Assembly (NCBI GenBank): GCA_965223845.1 | Contig: CBDCXR010000004.1 | Location: 5,024,001 to 5,088,000 of the forward strand | DNA: 64,000 bases | Direction of reading: 5' to 3' | Source of the DNA: Planctomycetota bacterium | GTDB lineage: Bacteria > Planctomycetota > UBA8108 > SXIK01 | Shown here: positions 46,953 through 57,271 of the stretch, piece after piece | Layout: every line of letters begins with the position of its first letter | How positions within the stretch are numbered: position 1 is the first letter of the stretch | Program-made: the position numbers and the translations under genes | The notes under the pieces: generated by a model | Database searches by the model: none | Seen by the model: the letters and a program-made list of their open reading frames with translations, nothing else | What the model was told of the DNA's origin: nothing

Positions 46953-49418
46953 TCAGAACTCCGCTTCGACGCCCCCGAAGATGAACAGCGGGCGACCCGG
47001 GCGCGGGCCGTGCGGATGGCGGGAGGCGATGTAGCGCTCGTCGGTCACGTTGTGTGCGCCGACGTGAAGCGTGAACGACTCGGTAACGCGATAAAACGCG
47101 GCAACGTCGACGACGAAATACGCATCCGTTTCGCCGAACCGCGCGTCCGGATTCCCCGCGCCGTCGACTTGACGCGAGGTGTTGCTCGCCGAAGTGTACA
47201 TCTCCGGCGAGTAATAGGCAGCCACGCTGACTCCCCACGGTCCCCACTCGAGCCCGGTACCGGCGCTGATCGTGAACTCGGGGATGTAGGGAAGTTGATT
47301 CCCTTTCTCACCGCCGCTGAAGATCGACTCGGGATCGGTCGAGTTCGAATCGTCCGCGAATTCCGCGCGCGTGAGCGTGAACCCGACCCGCCACGGATTC
47401 GAGAATCCCCAGTCCCAGTGGACGCCGGGGTCGACGCGCGCGGAGAGCTCTAAGCCGTAGCTGTTTACCTCGCCCGCGCTCTCGGTGTCGCCCGATCCGG
47501 TCCCGCCGATGTTGTTGATCACGATGAGATCGTCGAGTCGGGTGAAGAAGAGCGCGCTCTCGACGCCGAACGAGCCGTCCGAGCTCGTGTAGCGCTCGCC
47601 GATTTCTACGCTGTAACTTCTCTCCTCGTCGAGCTCGTTCCGAATCGCGGAACGCGGCGAAGGGACGCTGAATCCCGAGTGGAAGCCCGCGAAAAGATTG
47701 AGCTCCGCGGTGATGTCGTACGCTACACCGATTCCGCCCGCGAGCACATCCAGCTCGCCGGTCCCCTTCTCGAGCGAGTTGAAATCGCGAAACTCCTGTT
47801 CGATGTGCTCGTAGCGAATTCCGGGCGTGATCGTAAAGGCACCGATCGCGAGCTCGTCCTGGAGAAAGACGGCCAAGGCGTCGCTCTCCTGCTTCCGATC
47901 GCCGGCGTCGCCGTCGACTCCCGGATCGCGATCGACGATCGTCCCGTTCGCCGCCTGCGTCATGAGCTCGTCGCGCTGGTCGCGACGGACATCATCGCGA
48001 TGAAGCCGGACTCCGATCTGAACCTCGTGATCGATTTCGCCGGTTCGAAAGCGATGCGCACCCAGAACGTCGAGCCCGTAGGAATGATAGGTGCGGTCGT
48101 TGTGCCGAACTCGCAGCTCGCCCGCGTCTTCGCCGCGGAGCGTCGCGAAGTGAGTCGAACCTTCGGCGATGGCGCGCGAGATGCTGAGCCGCGTTCCCGC
48201 TGCGTCGCGGAGATCGTGCAGCTTGAACCAATCGCGGTGAAATCGGTTGTAGTACACCGTCGTCGTCACGTCGGTGCTCTCCGTCGGCGAGATCACGTGG
48301 CGGAGGTGCGTTCGAAAGTGCTGCGTGTCGATGTTGTCGAACCGCGTGCCGGAATAGCGCCGAAACGGATCGCGGTCGAAGTCCTTGTCCGAGAGTCCCG
48401 TGTAGGTCTCGTCCGCTTCCCGATCGGTGTATCCGACTTTGTACTCGAAACGATTGTAGATCCCGAGTTCGGGCTCCCAGGCTAACTTCAACATCGGCTC
48501 GAAGTTCGAGAATCCCGTGTCGTCGGCGTCGCGAAAATCCGGCGTCTTGTCGATGTCCTTGAAGCCGTCGGCACGCCGGTGAAACCCTTCGAGCACGAAT
48601 CCGATCTGACCGGCGCGAGATCCCGTGTCGATCGTCTCGCCGTAATACGCGTGGATGCGCGACTCGCCGTCGAAACCGTAGAGTGACTTCAAGTAGACCG
48701 CGCGGGCGTCTGGGATTTCGGTCGCACGAAAGTGAACGACCCCGCCGGTGATGTGCGGCCCGTAGCGAACTTGGCTCGACCCCTTCAGCACCTCGATCGA
48801 GCTCATGCGCCCGCTCGTCGGCGAATAGTACGCGGAGGGCGCGGAGTACGGCGCTGGCGCCATCAGCACGCCGTCTTCCATGAGCGTGAGCTTCGCGCTT
48901 CGAGTCGAATCGACGCCGCGTAGACTGAGATTTAAGAAGAGACCGAAACCATCTTCCGGTCGCTGGTACACCCCGGGAATCTCGCGCGCGATTTGATTCG
49001 CGTCGTCGTACGAGAGGCGGCGGATCGATTCCGTCGACACGATCGCGGCCGAGCCGCCGATGCGCGAGAGCTCCTCGGTCGAGCCGATCACGTAGATCGC
49101 GTCAGCGCGACCGCGACGCTCGCCGTCCGTGGTTCCCGCCGCATCCTCGAATTCGGACTCGGGAGCGACCGCGCGCGTCCCCGCGTCGTGGGAGTGGTCT
49201 TCGCGGTGACCGACGCCGTCAACGGCGTCTTCGGCGACTGACTCGCCGCCGTGCGCCTCGGCGCCGTCGGCGCCGTCCCCCGCCGCCTCCGTCGTCGGCG
49301 AGTTGGAAGTCTCGAGAAGGCTTTGCTCTATGTAGCTCTGCGCGGAAACCGTCGCGGATGCACCGATGGCGAACAGAGTTCCGGCGAGGATCGTGGTGCG
49401 GTTCATTCTCATGGTCAA
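46953..49418 (-). CDS. TonB-dependent receptor (FecA-like)
   Basis: Plug motifs LRGVDSTRS...LMEDGV and IEVLKGSSQVRYGP; barrel ending NVTDERY...GVEAEF (terminal Phe). Confidence 0.95.
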   Translation of the reverse strand: MTMRMNRTTILAGTLFAIGASATVSAQSYIEQSLLETSNSPTTEAAGDGADGAEAHGGESVAEDAVDGVGHREDHSHDAGTRAVAPESEFEDAAGTTDGERRGRADAIYVIGSTEELSRIGGSAAIVSTESIRRLSYDDANQIAREIPGVYQRPEDGFGLFLNLSLRGVDSTRSAKLTLMEDGVLMAPAPYSAPSAYYSPTSGRMSSIEVLKGSSQVRYGPHITGGVVHFRATEIPDARAVYLKSLYGFDGESRIHAYYGETIDTGSRAGQIGFVLEGFHRRADGFKDIDKTPDFRDADDTGFSNFEPMLKLAWEPELGIYNRFEYKVGYTDREADETYTGLSDKDFDRDPFRRYSGTRFDNIDTQHFRTHLRHVISPTESTDVTTTVYYNRFHRDWFKLHDLRDAAGTRLSISRAIAEGSTHFATLRGEDAGELRVRHNDRTYHSYGLDVLGAHRFRTGEIDHEVQIGVRLHRDDVRRDQRDELMTQAANGTIVDRDPGVDGDAGDRKQESDALAVFLQDELAIGAFTITPGIRYEHIEQEFRDFNSLEKGTGELDVLAGGIGVAYDITAELNLFAGFHSGFSVPSPRSAIRNELDEERSYSVEIGERYTSSDGSFGVESALFFTRLDDLIVINNIGGTGSGDTESAGEVNSYGLELSARVDPGVHWDWGFSNPWRVGFTLTRAEFADDSNSTDPESIFSGGEKGNQLPYIPEFTISAGTGLEWGPWGVSVAAYYSPEMYTSASNTSRQVDGAGNPDARFGETDAYFVVDVAAFYRVTESFTLHVGAHNVTDERYIASRHPHGPRPGRPLFIFGGVEAEF

Positions 49419-49522
49419 GGAGCTTTCGGAGTCGCCCGCGGCGAGTCGAGCTGCGCCATCGACGGGAGCCGATTCACGGGGCGATTCGGCTCGAAACGAA
49501 GCCAGAGCGCGCGGCGAGAGAA

Positions 49523-50359
49523 TCAGCGGCGACGAAGCACGGGCTCAAACACGATCGGGACGCGGAGAAGATAGGAAACTGCGACGCCGCCGCGGCGCGC
49601 CGGCTCGTAGCGCCAGCGTCGGGCGGCACTGAGGGCGGCGCGATCGAGCGCGCGGCAACCGCTCGAGCGCGCGACGGTCGCACGCTCGACGCGTCCGTCG
49701 TTCGCGACGCGGAGCTCGAGCTCGACCGTTCCGCCGATTCCTCGCCGCCGCTCGCGCGTCGGGTACGCCGGCTCGCGGTTTCGCGGGAGCGGACGCGGCG
49801 CGACGACGGCCCCGCTCGAGCGCGCGGACGCGCGCGAGACGTTCGGCGCTCGAGTGGCGTCGGGCGAACGCCGCTTCGAGCGGCGCCTCGGCGTCGGTTC
49901 GGGATCGCGCCGGTCGACGATCCACTCGACCGGAGGGGGCGCCGGCCGGGTCGTGCGAACGGTCTTTCGCGGTTCTCGCGGAGCGACCGGCGAAGTCTCC
50001 GCGCTCGCCGTCTGGTCGTCGGCGATCGGCTCCGTCTCGGCGTCGACATCGGGAACTTCGCGTTCAGGCTCGACGTCGTCGCGATCCGCAGGCGGAGCGA
50101 CCGGAACGGGCTCCGGGGGCGGCTCCGGTTGCTCCGCTTCGGGCGGCGGATCCGGTTCTGGCTCTGGCTTCTCTTCGAGATCGGTCTCCGGCTCGGGTTC
50201 CACCGGCGGGATCGGGTCCTCCGGCGCCGGCTGCAGCCGCACCGTCACCACGCCCGGCGTGAACGCGGCGACCGGAGTCGTCGTTCCGGCCGAGAAGAGC
50301 ATCGCAATCCCGTGCGCGGCGATCGAGACGGTGAGGAGGAGCGATAGACGGAGATCCAT
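49523..50359 (-). CDS. tonB: Energy transducer TonB
   Basis: N-terminal TM with SxxxH, EP-rich linker, and PAYP...GTVELELRV...G...SSG...LDRAAL...WRYEPA C-terminal domain. Confidence 0.92.
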   Translation of the reverse strand: MDLRLSLLLTVSIAAHGIAMLFSAGTTTPVAAFTPGVVTVRLQPAPEDPIPPVEPEPETDLEEKPEPEPDPPPEAEQPEPPPEPVPVAPPADRDDVEPEREVPDVDAETEPIADDQTASAETSPVAPREPRKTVRTTRPAPPPVEWIVDRRDPEPTPRRRSKRRSPDATRAPNVSRASARSSGAVVAPRPLPRNREPAYPTRERRRGIGGTVELELRVANDGRVERATVARSSGCRALDRAALSAARRWRYEPARRGGVAVSYLLRVPIVFEPVLRRR

Positions 50360-50366
50360 TCGACGG

Positions 50367-50789
50367 CTACTCCTCGACGTTCGGGGCCGAGACCGAGGCG
50401 TTCTCGTGCGCGAGGTCGAGCACGGAGAAACCGGCTCGCTTGACGGAATCGAGAACCGACATGAACGTCTGAAACGGGACCTGCGCGTCGCCGCGAAACG
50501 TCACGCTGCGTCCGGACGGAGCGAGCTCGGCGAGCCGCGCGTCGAGATCACCCATCCCGATGCGCTCGTGATCGACGAGGACGTTTCCCGCTGCGTCGAT
50601 GGAGATCACGATCGCGCTCGTGTCCGTCATCCCATCGGTGCTCTCCGCCTTCGGAAGCGCTAGATCGAGCTTGGGGCTCGCGAACGTCGAGCTCAGCATG
50701 AAGAAGACGAGGAGCTGGAGCACACAATCGATAAGTGGGCTGATGTCGAGCACGCTGCTCCGTCGGCGAGAACGTCGTCGAAATCTCAT
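50367..50789 (-). CDS. exbD: Biopolymer transport protein ExbD
   Basis: DISPLIDCVLQLLVFFML; ATGA overlap with exbB. Confidence 0.92.
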   Translation of the reverse strand: MRFRRRSRRRSSVLDISPLIDCVLQLLVFFMLSSTFASPKLDLALPKAESTDGMTDTSAIVISIDAAGNVLVDHERIGMGDLDARLAELAPSGRSVTFRGDAQVPFQTFMSVLDSVKRAGFSVLDLAHENASVSAPNVEE

Positions 50790-51478
50790 CGCGCAGCACT
50801 CCCGCGGGCGACCGATCGTGAGGCCTCGCTGGGCGCAGCACGGCGCGCTCGACTCTTCGACGTCCATTCGTCGAGGTAGGAGACGACGTACTCCATCCGC
50901 TTCGTGATCGACTCGACACGGCTGTCGAACGCGTGGAACGCGAGAAAGGACGGGATGGCGACGGAAAGCCCGAAGACGGTCGTCATGAGCGCTTCCCAGA
51001 TCCCCTCCGCGAGGTCGCGCGGTTCGACCTGCCCGGCGTTGAGCTCGATCTGATGGAACGCGCTCACGAGGCCCGCGACCGTGCCGAGAAGGCCGAGGAG
51101 CGTCGCGATCTGCGCGATCGTGGAGAGTCCGCGCAAGCGACTCTCGACCCCTTCGAGCGATCGCTCTCCCTCCCGCTCGACGATCGTCTGGCGCGTTTCG
51201 GGCGCCGCCCGAAGGTTGCCGAGATAGGCCTCAGCCGCCTGCGCAACCGGACTGCGGGGGTACGCGCGGCAAAGCTCGAGCGCGTCGGAGAGCTTTCCCG
51301 CCGCTAGCGACTCGCGCAGGTCCTCGACGACCCGATCGAACGGAATCCGGGCGCGGACGAACGCCAGCGTGCGGTCGACGACGAGCGCGAAGGCCACGAC
51401 CGAGCACGCCAGAAGCGGCCACATGATCATGCCGCCCTTCTCGAGCAGCTCGAACAGCGAGTGATCCCAGAGAGTCAT
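50786..51478 (-). CDS. exbB: MotA/TolQ/ExbB proton channel
   Basis: GGMIMWPL, ATLLGLLGTVAGLV and GIWEALMTTVFGLSVAIP motifs. Confidence 0.93.
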   Translation of the reverse strand: MTLWDHSLFELLEKGGMIMWPLLACSVVAFALVVDRTLAFVRARIPFDRVVEDLRESLAAGKLSDALELCRAYPRSPVAQAAEAYLGNLRAAPETRQTIVEREGERSLEGVESRLRGLSTIAQIATLLGLLGTVAGLVSAFHQIELNAGQVEPRDLAEGIWEALMTTVFGLSVAIPSFLAFHAFDSRVESITKRMEYVVSYLDEWTSKSRARRAAPSEASRSVARGSAAR

Positions 51479-51542
51479 TCGAGGCGGGTCGAGGGCAGGA
51501 AGGTGAGGAGGACGGGGAGGTCGTCGCGACGAGATCGTAAAA

Positions 51543-51608
51543 GCTAGCGGGTGTTTTATATGCCAAACATGAGTTCGTCAACCAAAACACCTGGAGTTTC
51601 CGCCTAGC
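51543..51608 (-). promoter_or_regulatory. Promoter/operator region of the exbB-exbD-tonB-receptor operon
   Basis: On the minus strand, TTGACG-N17-TAAAAC (51553..51581), bracketed by the inverted repeat GGTGTTTT/AAAACACC and an outer GCTAG/CTAGC pair, in an AT-rich patch. Confidence 0.5.
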
Positions 51609-51735
51609 ATTTGTTCGCTGTGCAGAAGTGACGCCGTAGAGCCGGAGACTTCAACCTAAACCCTTTAAAAGCAAAGAGTTGAGATTCCCGGCGAGGGCGG
51701 CGAACGGGTCTCGACACCCCGGGGAAGAGGAACGA

Positions 51736-52971
51736 TCAGAGTCGTCCGCGCACCTGAAATCGCGCGAGGACGAGGAAGCTGACCGCGAAGATGACGACGA
51801 GCGCGACGAGGACCACCATCACCGACTCGGTCGAGAAGCCCTCGCGCGGATAGGGAGGCGTCGGCTCACTCTTCTCGAGGAGCGTCGTCCAGTCGCCTTT
51901 GAACTTTCCCGTCGTCAATTCGCCCCACCGGTCCCGATCGAAGCGAAACCGCTGAATCGTCCACAGCTCGTCGTGCCCCGTGTCGCCGGTGTGATTCGCG
52001 CGAATGCGGAGCTCGACGCGGGCGAGTCCCTCGGCGCCGGCAAAGAGCGCGCTCACGAGCTCCGGCACTCGCTCGAGGTACTCCGCGGTCGGCGCGACGT
52101 CCTCTGATTTCGCCGCATCGAGAGCCCGATCGTCGAAGTAAGAAACGTCGAGCACCACGTTCGCTCGGTCCTTCGTTCGCTCGTTGACCGCAGTGGCGAT
52201 TCCGGACAGGCCCAAGTCCGGGGCGAGGCGCTTCGCAGTGCTCGCGAGATCGTTCGCCACCTCGTCGATCGCTTCGGTCTCGGCTAGCGCGCGCCGCTCC
52301 TTCTTGCGATGAGCAGCAAACCGAGAGCTGACCTCGTCGACGAGCTCGCGCTGCTCGTCGAGGCGCTCGCTCAGTCGCTTCGATGCCTCGTCGAGCTTCG
52401 CCAGACCGGCTTCGAACGACTCCGCCGCGTCCGCAATCGGAAGGACGTCGGACTCGACGCCCACTTCGCCGCCGCTTCGCGCCGTGGCCACCAGTTGGTC
52501 GACCGTATCGACAAGCCGGAGGATCTCGGCCTTCTCTTTCCGCACGCGCTCGAGCTCGTTCTTGCATTCGTCGCGCGCTGCGACGCTCATCTTCCAGTCC
52601 GCTCGAAACTCGTCTCGCAAGTCCTCGAGGTAGGGCGTCGCCTCGCCCGAATCGACGTTCTTCGTCAGCGCTTCGAGCTCATCGAATCGCGCCAGCGCCT
52701 CGCGCGCCTTTCCCTCCACGTCCCCGCTTTCTTTCACCGCAGCCGAAATCGTTCGCGCGGCGCGCCCGAGGACGCGGATCACTCCGCCCGCGAGATCCGC
52801 GCTCTCGACCTCGGACGCATCATCGAGCGTCGGGAAGTCCTCGAGATCGTTCGCGACTTCCTGCGGACTGGCGAGCAGTTCGCCACGCATCGCGAGGAGA
52901 AGAACCGTCGCGAGAGCTACCACCGAGAGCCGAGCGAAAACGAAGCGGGACACCGGCCCAGATCCTCCCAT
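51736..52971 (-). CDS. Exported coiled-coil protein with a C-terminal TM anchor
   Basis: Signal peptide, heptad-rich middle region and C-terminal VMVVLVALVVIFAVSFLVL. Confidence 0.78.
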   Translation of the reverse strand: MGGSGPVSRFVFARLSVVALATVLLLAMRGELLASPQEVANDLEDFPTLDDASEVESADLAGGVIRVLGRAARTISAAVKESGDVEGKAREALARFDELEALTKNVDSGEATPYLEDLRDEFRADWKMSVAARDECKNELERVRKEKAEILRLVDTVDQLVATARSGGEVGVESDVLPIADAAESFEAGLAKLDEASKRLSERLDEQRELVDEVSSRFAAHRKKERRALAETEAIDEVANDLASTAKRLAPDLGLSGIATAVNERTKDRANVVLDVSYFDDRALDAAKSEDVAPTAEYLERVPELVSALFAGAEGLARVELRIRANHTGDTGHDELWTIQRFRFDRDRWGELTTGKFKGDWTTLLEKSEPTPPYPREGFSTESVMVVLVALVVIFAVSFLVLARFQVRGRL

Positions 52972-53068
52972 ATACGTCGACGAAACACCGGCTGACGAAA
53001 CCTCGGGCGGCGACCCGTCCGATTCTCAGGGCGCCCATCATACCCGCGGCCACTCGCGAACTCAGCGC

Positions 53069-56000
53069 TCAGGACGGCCGAACGATCTCGAGGATCCGCT
53101 CGCCATAGTTTTCGCAGATCTTCGGGCCGATTCCCGGGATTTCGCGCAGGGACTCCTCGTCGCCGGGGCGCGCCGAGGCGACCGCGAAGAGAGCGCGGTC
53201 CGTGAGAACTCTAAACGCCGGGATCTGCCGACGCCGCGACTCCCCGAGGCGCCACTCCTTGAGTGCGTCAACGACCTCGCGCGGCGCATCGTCGACGGAG
53301 ACGACCGGCTCGCGCTTCCCTCGCTTCCCCGTCCCGGCTCGACTGCGCGACGTTCGCGGACGACGCTTCCGAGCGCACTCGCGGACGATCTTCGCTTCAG
53401 AGTAGTCGGGCGGCGCGACACGCGTGCCATCGCTCGAGAGATACGCGCGACGGTACCCGACGACTCGACCGTCCTTCTCGAACGATGCATCCTCGAGCCG
53501 CACCCACCCCGCTCGCACTACCGCGGCGAGCACACGCTCGCCTTCCTTCCGGTCGAACGCTCCACCCGCATCCGCCTCCTGGAAGAGCCGCCCCGTACCG
53601 ATTCCTTCCCGTTCGCGCAAGACGTCGAGCATCCTCCCGATGAGGATCTCCTCGATCGGCGACGGATCGCGCAACTGGCGGACGAGACACTCTAGCGGCG
53701 CGCAGGCATCGCAGATGCCGCAGCTCTCTCCACGATCTTCTTGATCGCCGAAATGCTGAACGAGGTGCACCATCCGGCAGCCTTGCCGTTCGGCGAAGCG
53801 AAGAATGCGGTCGAGCTGCTCGCGCTTCCACTCTCTTTGCTGCTCGTAGGGAACTTGCCATTCCGGTCGCCCTCGCCGGACGGAATCGCCGGCGGCGACG
53901 ACCGCGCCGCCGTGGATCCAGAGCTTCTCGAGCGCGACATCGAAGGTTTCAGGGTCGACGCGCTGCGTCGGGTCCGGGTTCGAGGCGAGGAAACCACGAA
54001 GGTCCTCACGGACGGAAGGCTCTTCCGGAAGTGCGGCGAAGACGCGAGCGAGCTCGAGGGGATCGGGGTAGTCCCGCTGGTGGAAAAACTCGTGCGTTCG
54101 TCGGTCTGCGTACGAATACAAAAGGATGGCTCGCGACGGCAGCCCGTCTCGCCCGGCCCGGCCGATCTCCTGGTAGTAGCCCTCGACACTCGATGGGAGA
54201 GCAGTGTGAATCACCGTCCGGATATCCGGTTTGTCGACTCCCATTCCGAACGCGATCGTCGCGCAGATCACGTCGAGCTCGCCCGATAGAAAGCGCCGCT
54301 GGACGGACTCGCGGTCCTCCGCGGAGCGGCCGGCGTGGTAGGCGGCGCTCGAGCAGAGCGCGGAAAGGTCGCGGCCGAGCTGTTCGGCCTGCTTGCGCGA
54401 CGGCGAGTAGACGATGGCCGGACGACGCTCCGGGTCCGCGAGTACGTTCGCGACCGCCTCGGGACGAGACGACGGCGGCATCTCGGCCACCTCGACTGCG
54501 ATGTTGCTCCGCCGGAATCCGTGGATGTGGGGCTCACCGCGGAGACCGAGCTGACGAACGATGTCTTCCTGCACCGCGGGTGTCGCCGTCGCGGTGAGAG
54601 CGATCACCGGCGTCGGTCGAAAGAGCGGCAGGCGCTCACCGAGCATGCGGTAATCGGGCCGAAAATCGTGACCCCACTGCGAGATGCAATGGGCCTCGTC
54701 GATCGCGACCAAGACCGGAGGACGGCGGCCGAGCATCTCGGGGAATCCGGGAACGCTCAGGCGCTCGGGCGCGATGAAGAGATAATCGAGACGCCCCTCG
54801 AGATACGCGATGCAGACCTGCCGGGAGTCGAAGCGGTCTCGCCCCGAGTGAATTCGCTCAGCGCGGAGACCGAGTGCGCGGAGCTTCGCGACCTGATCCT
54901 CCATGAGCGCAATGAGCGGCGAAATGACGAGTGTCGTTCCCGCGCGTGCGAGTCCGGGGAGCTGGTAGCAGAGCGACTTTCCGGCGCCCGTCGGCATGAC
55001 GACGAGCATGTCCTTCCCTTCGGTCACGGCACGACAGACTTCCTCCTGGTGCGGACGAAATTCCTCGAGGCGAAACGCCGTCGAAAGGAGTGAGCGAAGG
55101 TCGTTCGGCGCGACCGGGTCGCGCGAGATCTCGACGGGGAGGTCAGCGCGTTCCTTCGACACGCGCTCCCCCGAGTCGGCCTCGTGTTCGATCGACGTCG
55201 TCGAGTCCGTCGATGATGAGAGCGAGGGGGCCGGCGACGCGCCATCGTTCGGGACCGCCCCGCCCGGCGCCGGCCCGAGCCCGAGACTCGAGCCCGAGCG
55301 CTCCCGCCGCGAAGATCCGACGACGCGGCGCACGTAGTCCTCCACCGCGCGCTGAAACTCGTCGAGCGCGAGCGTTCCCCGCTCGATCGCCTTGAGACGC
55401 ATCTCCCACTCGCCCGTCATCGCGGGACTCTTCACTTCCGGATGCACGACCTCGATGAGCGCGAGACCCTTCTCCGTCGCGCGAAGCGTTTTCTTCTCTC
55501 TCGTGACGTAGGCTCGCCGGAGAAGCGTTTCGATGATCTCCGCTCGCGTCGCCGGAGTGCCGAGCCCAGCGTCGCGCATCGCCTCGGAGAGCTCCTCGTC
55601 CGAGAGCGTCTTCCCCGCCGACTCCATGGCGGTGAGCAAAGTCGCATCGGTGAACGGCCGGGGCGGTGTCGTCTTTTTCGCGACGGCCTTCGCATCGAGG
55701 ACGGCAACGACGCAGTTCGCTTCGAGCCCCGCGGGAAGAGCCGTCTCGGACGCTCGAGACTCTCCCGTGCGCTGCGCGCGAGGAGGCTCGTCACCGGAGC
55801 CTTTCTCGGACTTCGGTCCCGTCGATTTCTTCGCCCCACTCTCGCCCTGCGGAATCTTCGCATCGAGAATCTTCCAGCCGATCTCATCGACTACGGATCC
55901 CTTGGTCACGAACCGATCGGGAGGCGACTGCCGATCCTCGATGACGCCACCGGCTTCGCTCGAGAGCTCGGGACGGACGGCGGTGACGACCGTCGTCACA

Positions 56001-57271
56001 CTCCAGACGTGATCGGGATGCCACGCCGCGAGGAGGCGACGGCAGACCAGGTCGTACAGGCGCTCTTCGTCCGCCGAAAGACGCCGACTCTCCGGCGTGG
56101 TCGTCGTCGGAATGATCGCGTGGTGGTCCGTGACGCGCGCGTCGTCGACGAAGCGATTTCCGAGCGCGCGAACACCCGTTCCCTCTGCGAGCAGCCCTTC
56201 GTAGCCGCTCCGTACCGCACCGACCACCTCGCCGAGAGTCGCTGCCGCGGCCGTCGAGAGATACCGGCTGTCCGTGCGCGGATAGCTGATGAGCTTTTTC
56301 TCTTCGTAGAGCGACTGAGCGACTCGGAGAGTCCGCGCGGCACTGAAACCGTAGAGACGGTTCGCGTGGCGCTGCAGCTCAGTGAGATCGTAGAGGCGAA
56401 GCGGCGCGAGACGTCGCTGCTCGCGTTCGACGCTCTCGACCGCTGCCGTGCCCGTCATCGCGCGGTAGACGATGCCGCGCGCCGCTTCGCCGTCGGCGGG
56501 GAGTCGCTTCGATTCCGTCGACGCTCTCTCGCCGGCGAAGTAGACTCCACGGTACCGAGTTTCGCACGCGCCTTCGCCTCGACCACGGGTGCCGAGCGAC
56601 GGGGCCGCATCGAACGTCGCCTCGACCTCGAGGTAATCTTCGGGAACGAAGCGGCGGATCTCGAGCTCGCGCTCGACGAGCATCGCGAGCGTCGGCGTCT
56701 GAACGCGTCCGACAGAGTAGCTCACTCCCTCCTCGAGCGTCGTCAGGCGAGAGAGATTCATCCCGACGAGCCAATCGGCGCGACTCCGGCCTCGCGCAGC
56801 ATCGGCGAGGGGGTCGAATTCCGACGCTGGACGCAGCTCGCGAAAGCCACGGCGGATCGCATCCGGGGTGAGCGACGAAATCCAGAGGCGCCGCACGGGA
56901 TGGCGGCAGCCGCAGGCTTCGGCGATGTAGCGAAAGATCAGCTCGCCTTCGCGCCCGGCGTCGGTCGCACAGATCACCTCGGTGACCTCGGGGGATTCGA
57001 GCCACCGAGCGATGACGTCGAACTGCTCGCGCGTCTCTTCCCGGACGACGAGCGGCCACGAGTCGGGGAGAAGCGGGAGCGATTCGAGCGACCACCGCTT
57101 CCACGACGGGTCGATCTGGTGCGGCTCCGCGAGCCCCACGAGATGCCCGACCGCCCACGTGACGACGTACCCGGCACCGCTGTGGTACCCGTCGCCGCGC
57201 GAGTTCGCGCCGAGCACGCGCGCAAGATCGCGGCCGACGGAGGGCTTCTCAGCAATGACGAGCGTCGTCAC
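53069..57271 (-). CDS. DNA topoisomerase III - RecQ helicase fusion with HRDC domain
   Basis: TOPRIM motifs IAEKPS and TDAGREGE; GRVQTPTL; catalytic ISYPRTDS; GLGTPATR. Then MPTGAGKS, DEAHCISQWGHDFRP, QEIGRAGRDG, Zn motif C...CGICDAC and HRDC (IPGIGPK), all in one 1400-aa frame. Confidence 0.95.
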   Translation of the reverse strand: MTTLVIAEKPSVGRDLARVLGANSRGDGYHSGAGYVVTWAVGHLVGLAEPHQIDPSWKRWSLESLPLLPDSWPLVVREETREQFDVIARWLESPEVTEVICATDAGREGELIFRYIAEACGCRHPVRRLWISSLTPDAIRRGFRELRPASEFDPLADAARGRSRADWLVGMNLSRLTTLEEGVSYSVGRVQTPTLAMLVERELEIRRFVPEDYLEVEATFDAAPSLGTRGRGEGACETRYRGVYFAGERASTESKRLPADGEAARGIVYRAMTGTAAVESVEREQRRLAPLRLYDLTELQRHANRLYGFSAARTLRVAQSLYEEKKLISYPRTDSRYLSTAAAATLGEVVGAVRSGYEGLLAEGTGVRALGNRFVDDARVTDHHAIIPTTTTPESRRLSADEERLYDLVCRRLLAAWHPDHVWSVTTVVTAVRPELSSEAGGVIEDRQSPPDRFVTKGSVVDEIGWKILDAKIPQGESGAKKSTGPKSEKGSGDEPPRAQRTGESRASETALPAGLEANCVVAVLDAKAVAKKTTPPRPFTDATLLTAMESAGKTLSDEELSEAMRDAGLGTPATRAEIIETLLRRAYVTREKKTLRATEKGLALIEVVHPEVKSPAMTGEWEMRLKAIERGTLALDEFQRAVEDYVRRVVGSSRRERSGSSLGLGPAPGGAVPNDGASPAPSLSSSTDSTTSIEHEADSGERVSKERADLPVEISRDPVAPNDLRSLLSTAFRLEEFRPHQEEVCRAVTEGKDMLVVMPTGAGKSLCYQLPGLARAGTTLVISPLIALMEDQVAKLRALGLRAERIHSGRDRFDSRQVCIAYLEGRLDYLFIAPERLSVPGFPEMLGRRPPVLVAIDEAHCISQWGHDFRPDYRMLGERLPLFRPTPVIALTATATPAVQEDIVRQLGLRGEPHIHGFRRSNIAVEVAEMPPSSRPEAVANVLADPERRPAIVYSPSRKQAEQLGRDLSALCSSAAYHAGRSAEDRESVQRRFLSGELDVICATIAFGMGVDKPDIRTVIHTALPSSVEGYYQEIGRAGRDGLPSRAILLYSYADRRTHEFFHQRDYPDPLELARVFAALPEEPSVREDLRGFLASNPDPTQRVDPETFDVALEKLWIHGGAVVAAGDSVRRGRPEWQVPYEQQREWKREQLDRILRFAERQGCRMVHLVQHFGDQEDRGESCGICDACAPLECLVRQLRDPSPIEEILIGRMLDVLREREGIGTGRLFQEADAGGAFDRKEGERVLAAVVRAGWVRLEDASFEKDGRVVGYRRAYLSSDGTRVAPPDYSEAKIVRECARKRRPRTSRSRAGTGKRGKREPVVSVDDAPREVVDALKEWRLGESRRRQIPAFRVLTDRALFAVASARPGDEESLREIPGIGPKICENYGERILEIVRPS

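Noticed and set aside
51479-51735. Cobalamin riboswitch or Fur box ahead of the TonB operon
   Set aside because: No B12-box or GCCCCCGCAACTGT-type motif, and only a weak half-site (TTGAGATTC) for Fur.
53069-57271. Reverse gyrase
   Set aside because: The domain order is topoisomerase then helicase, and the helicase is a canonical RecQ with HRDC, not the reverse-gyrase type.
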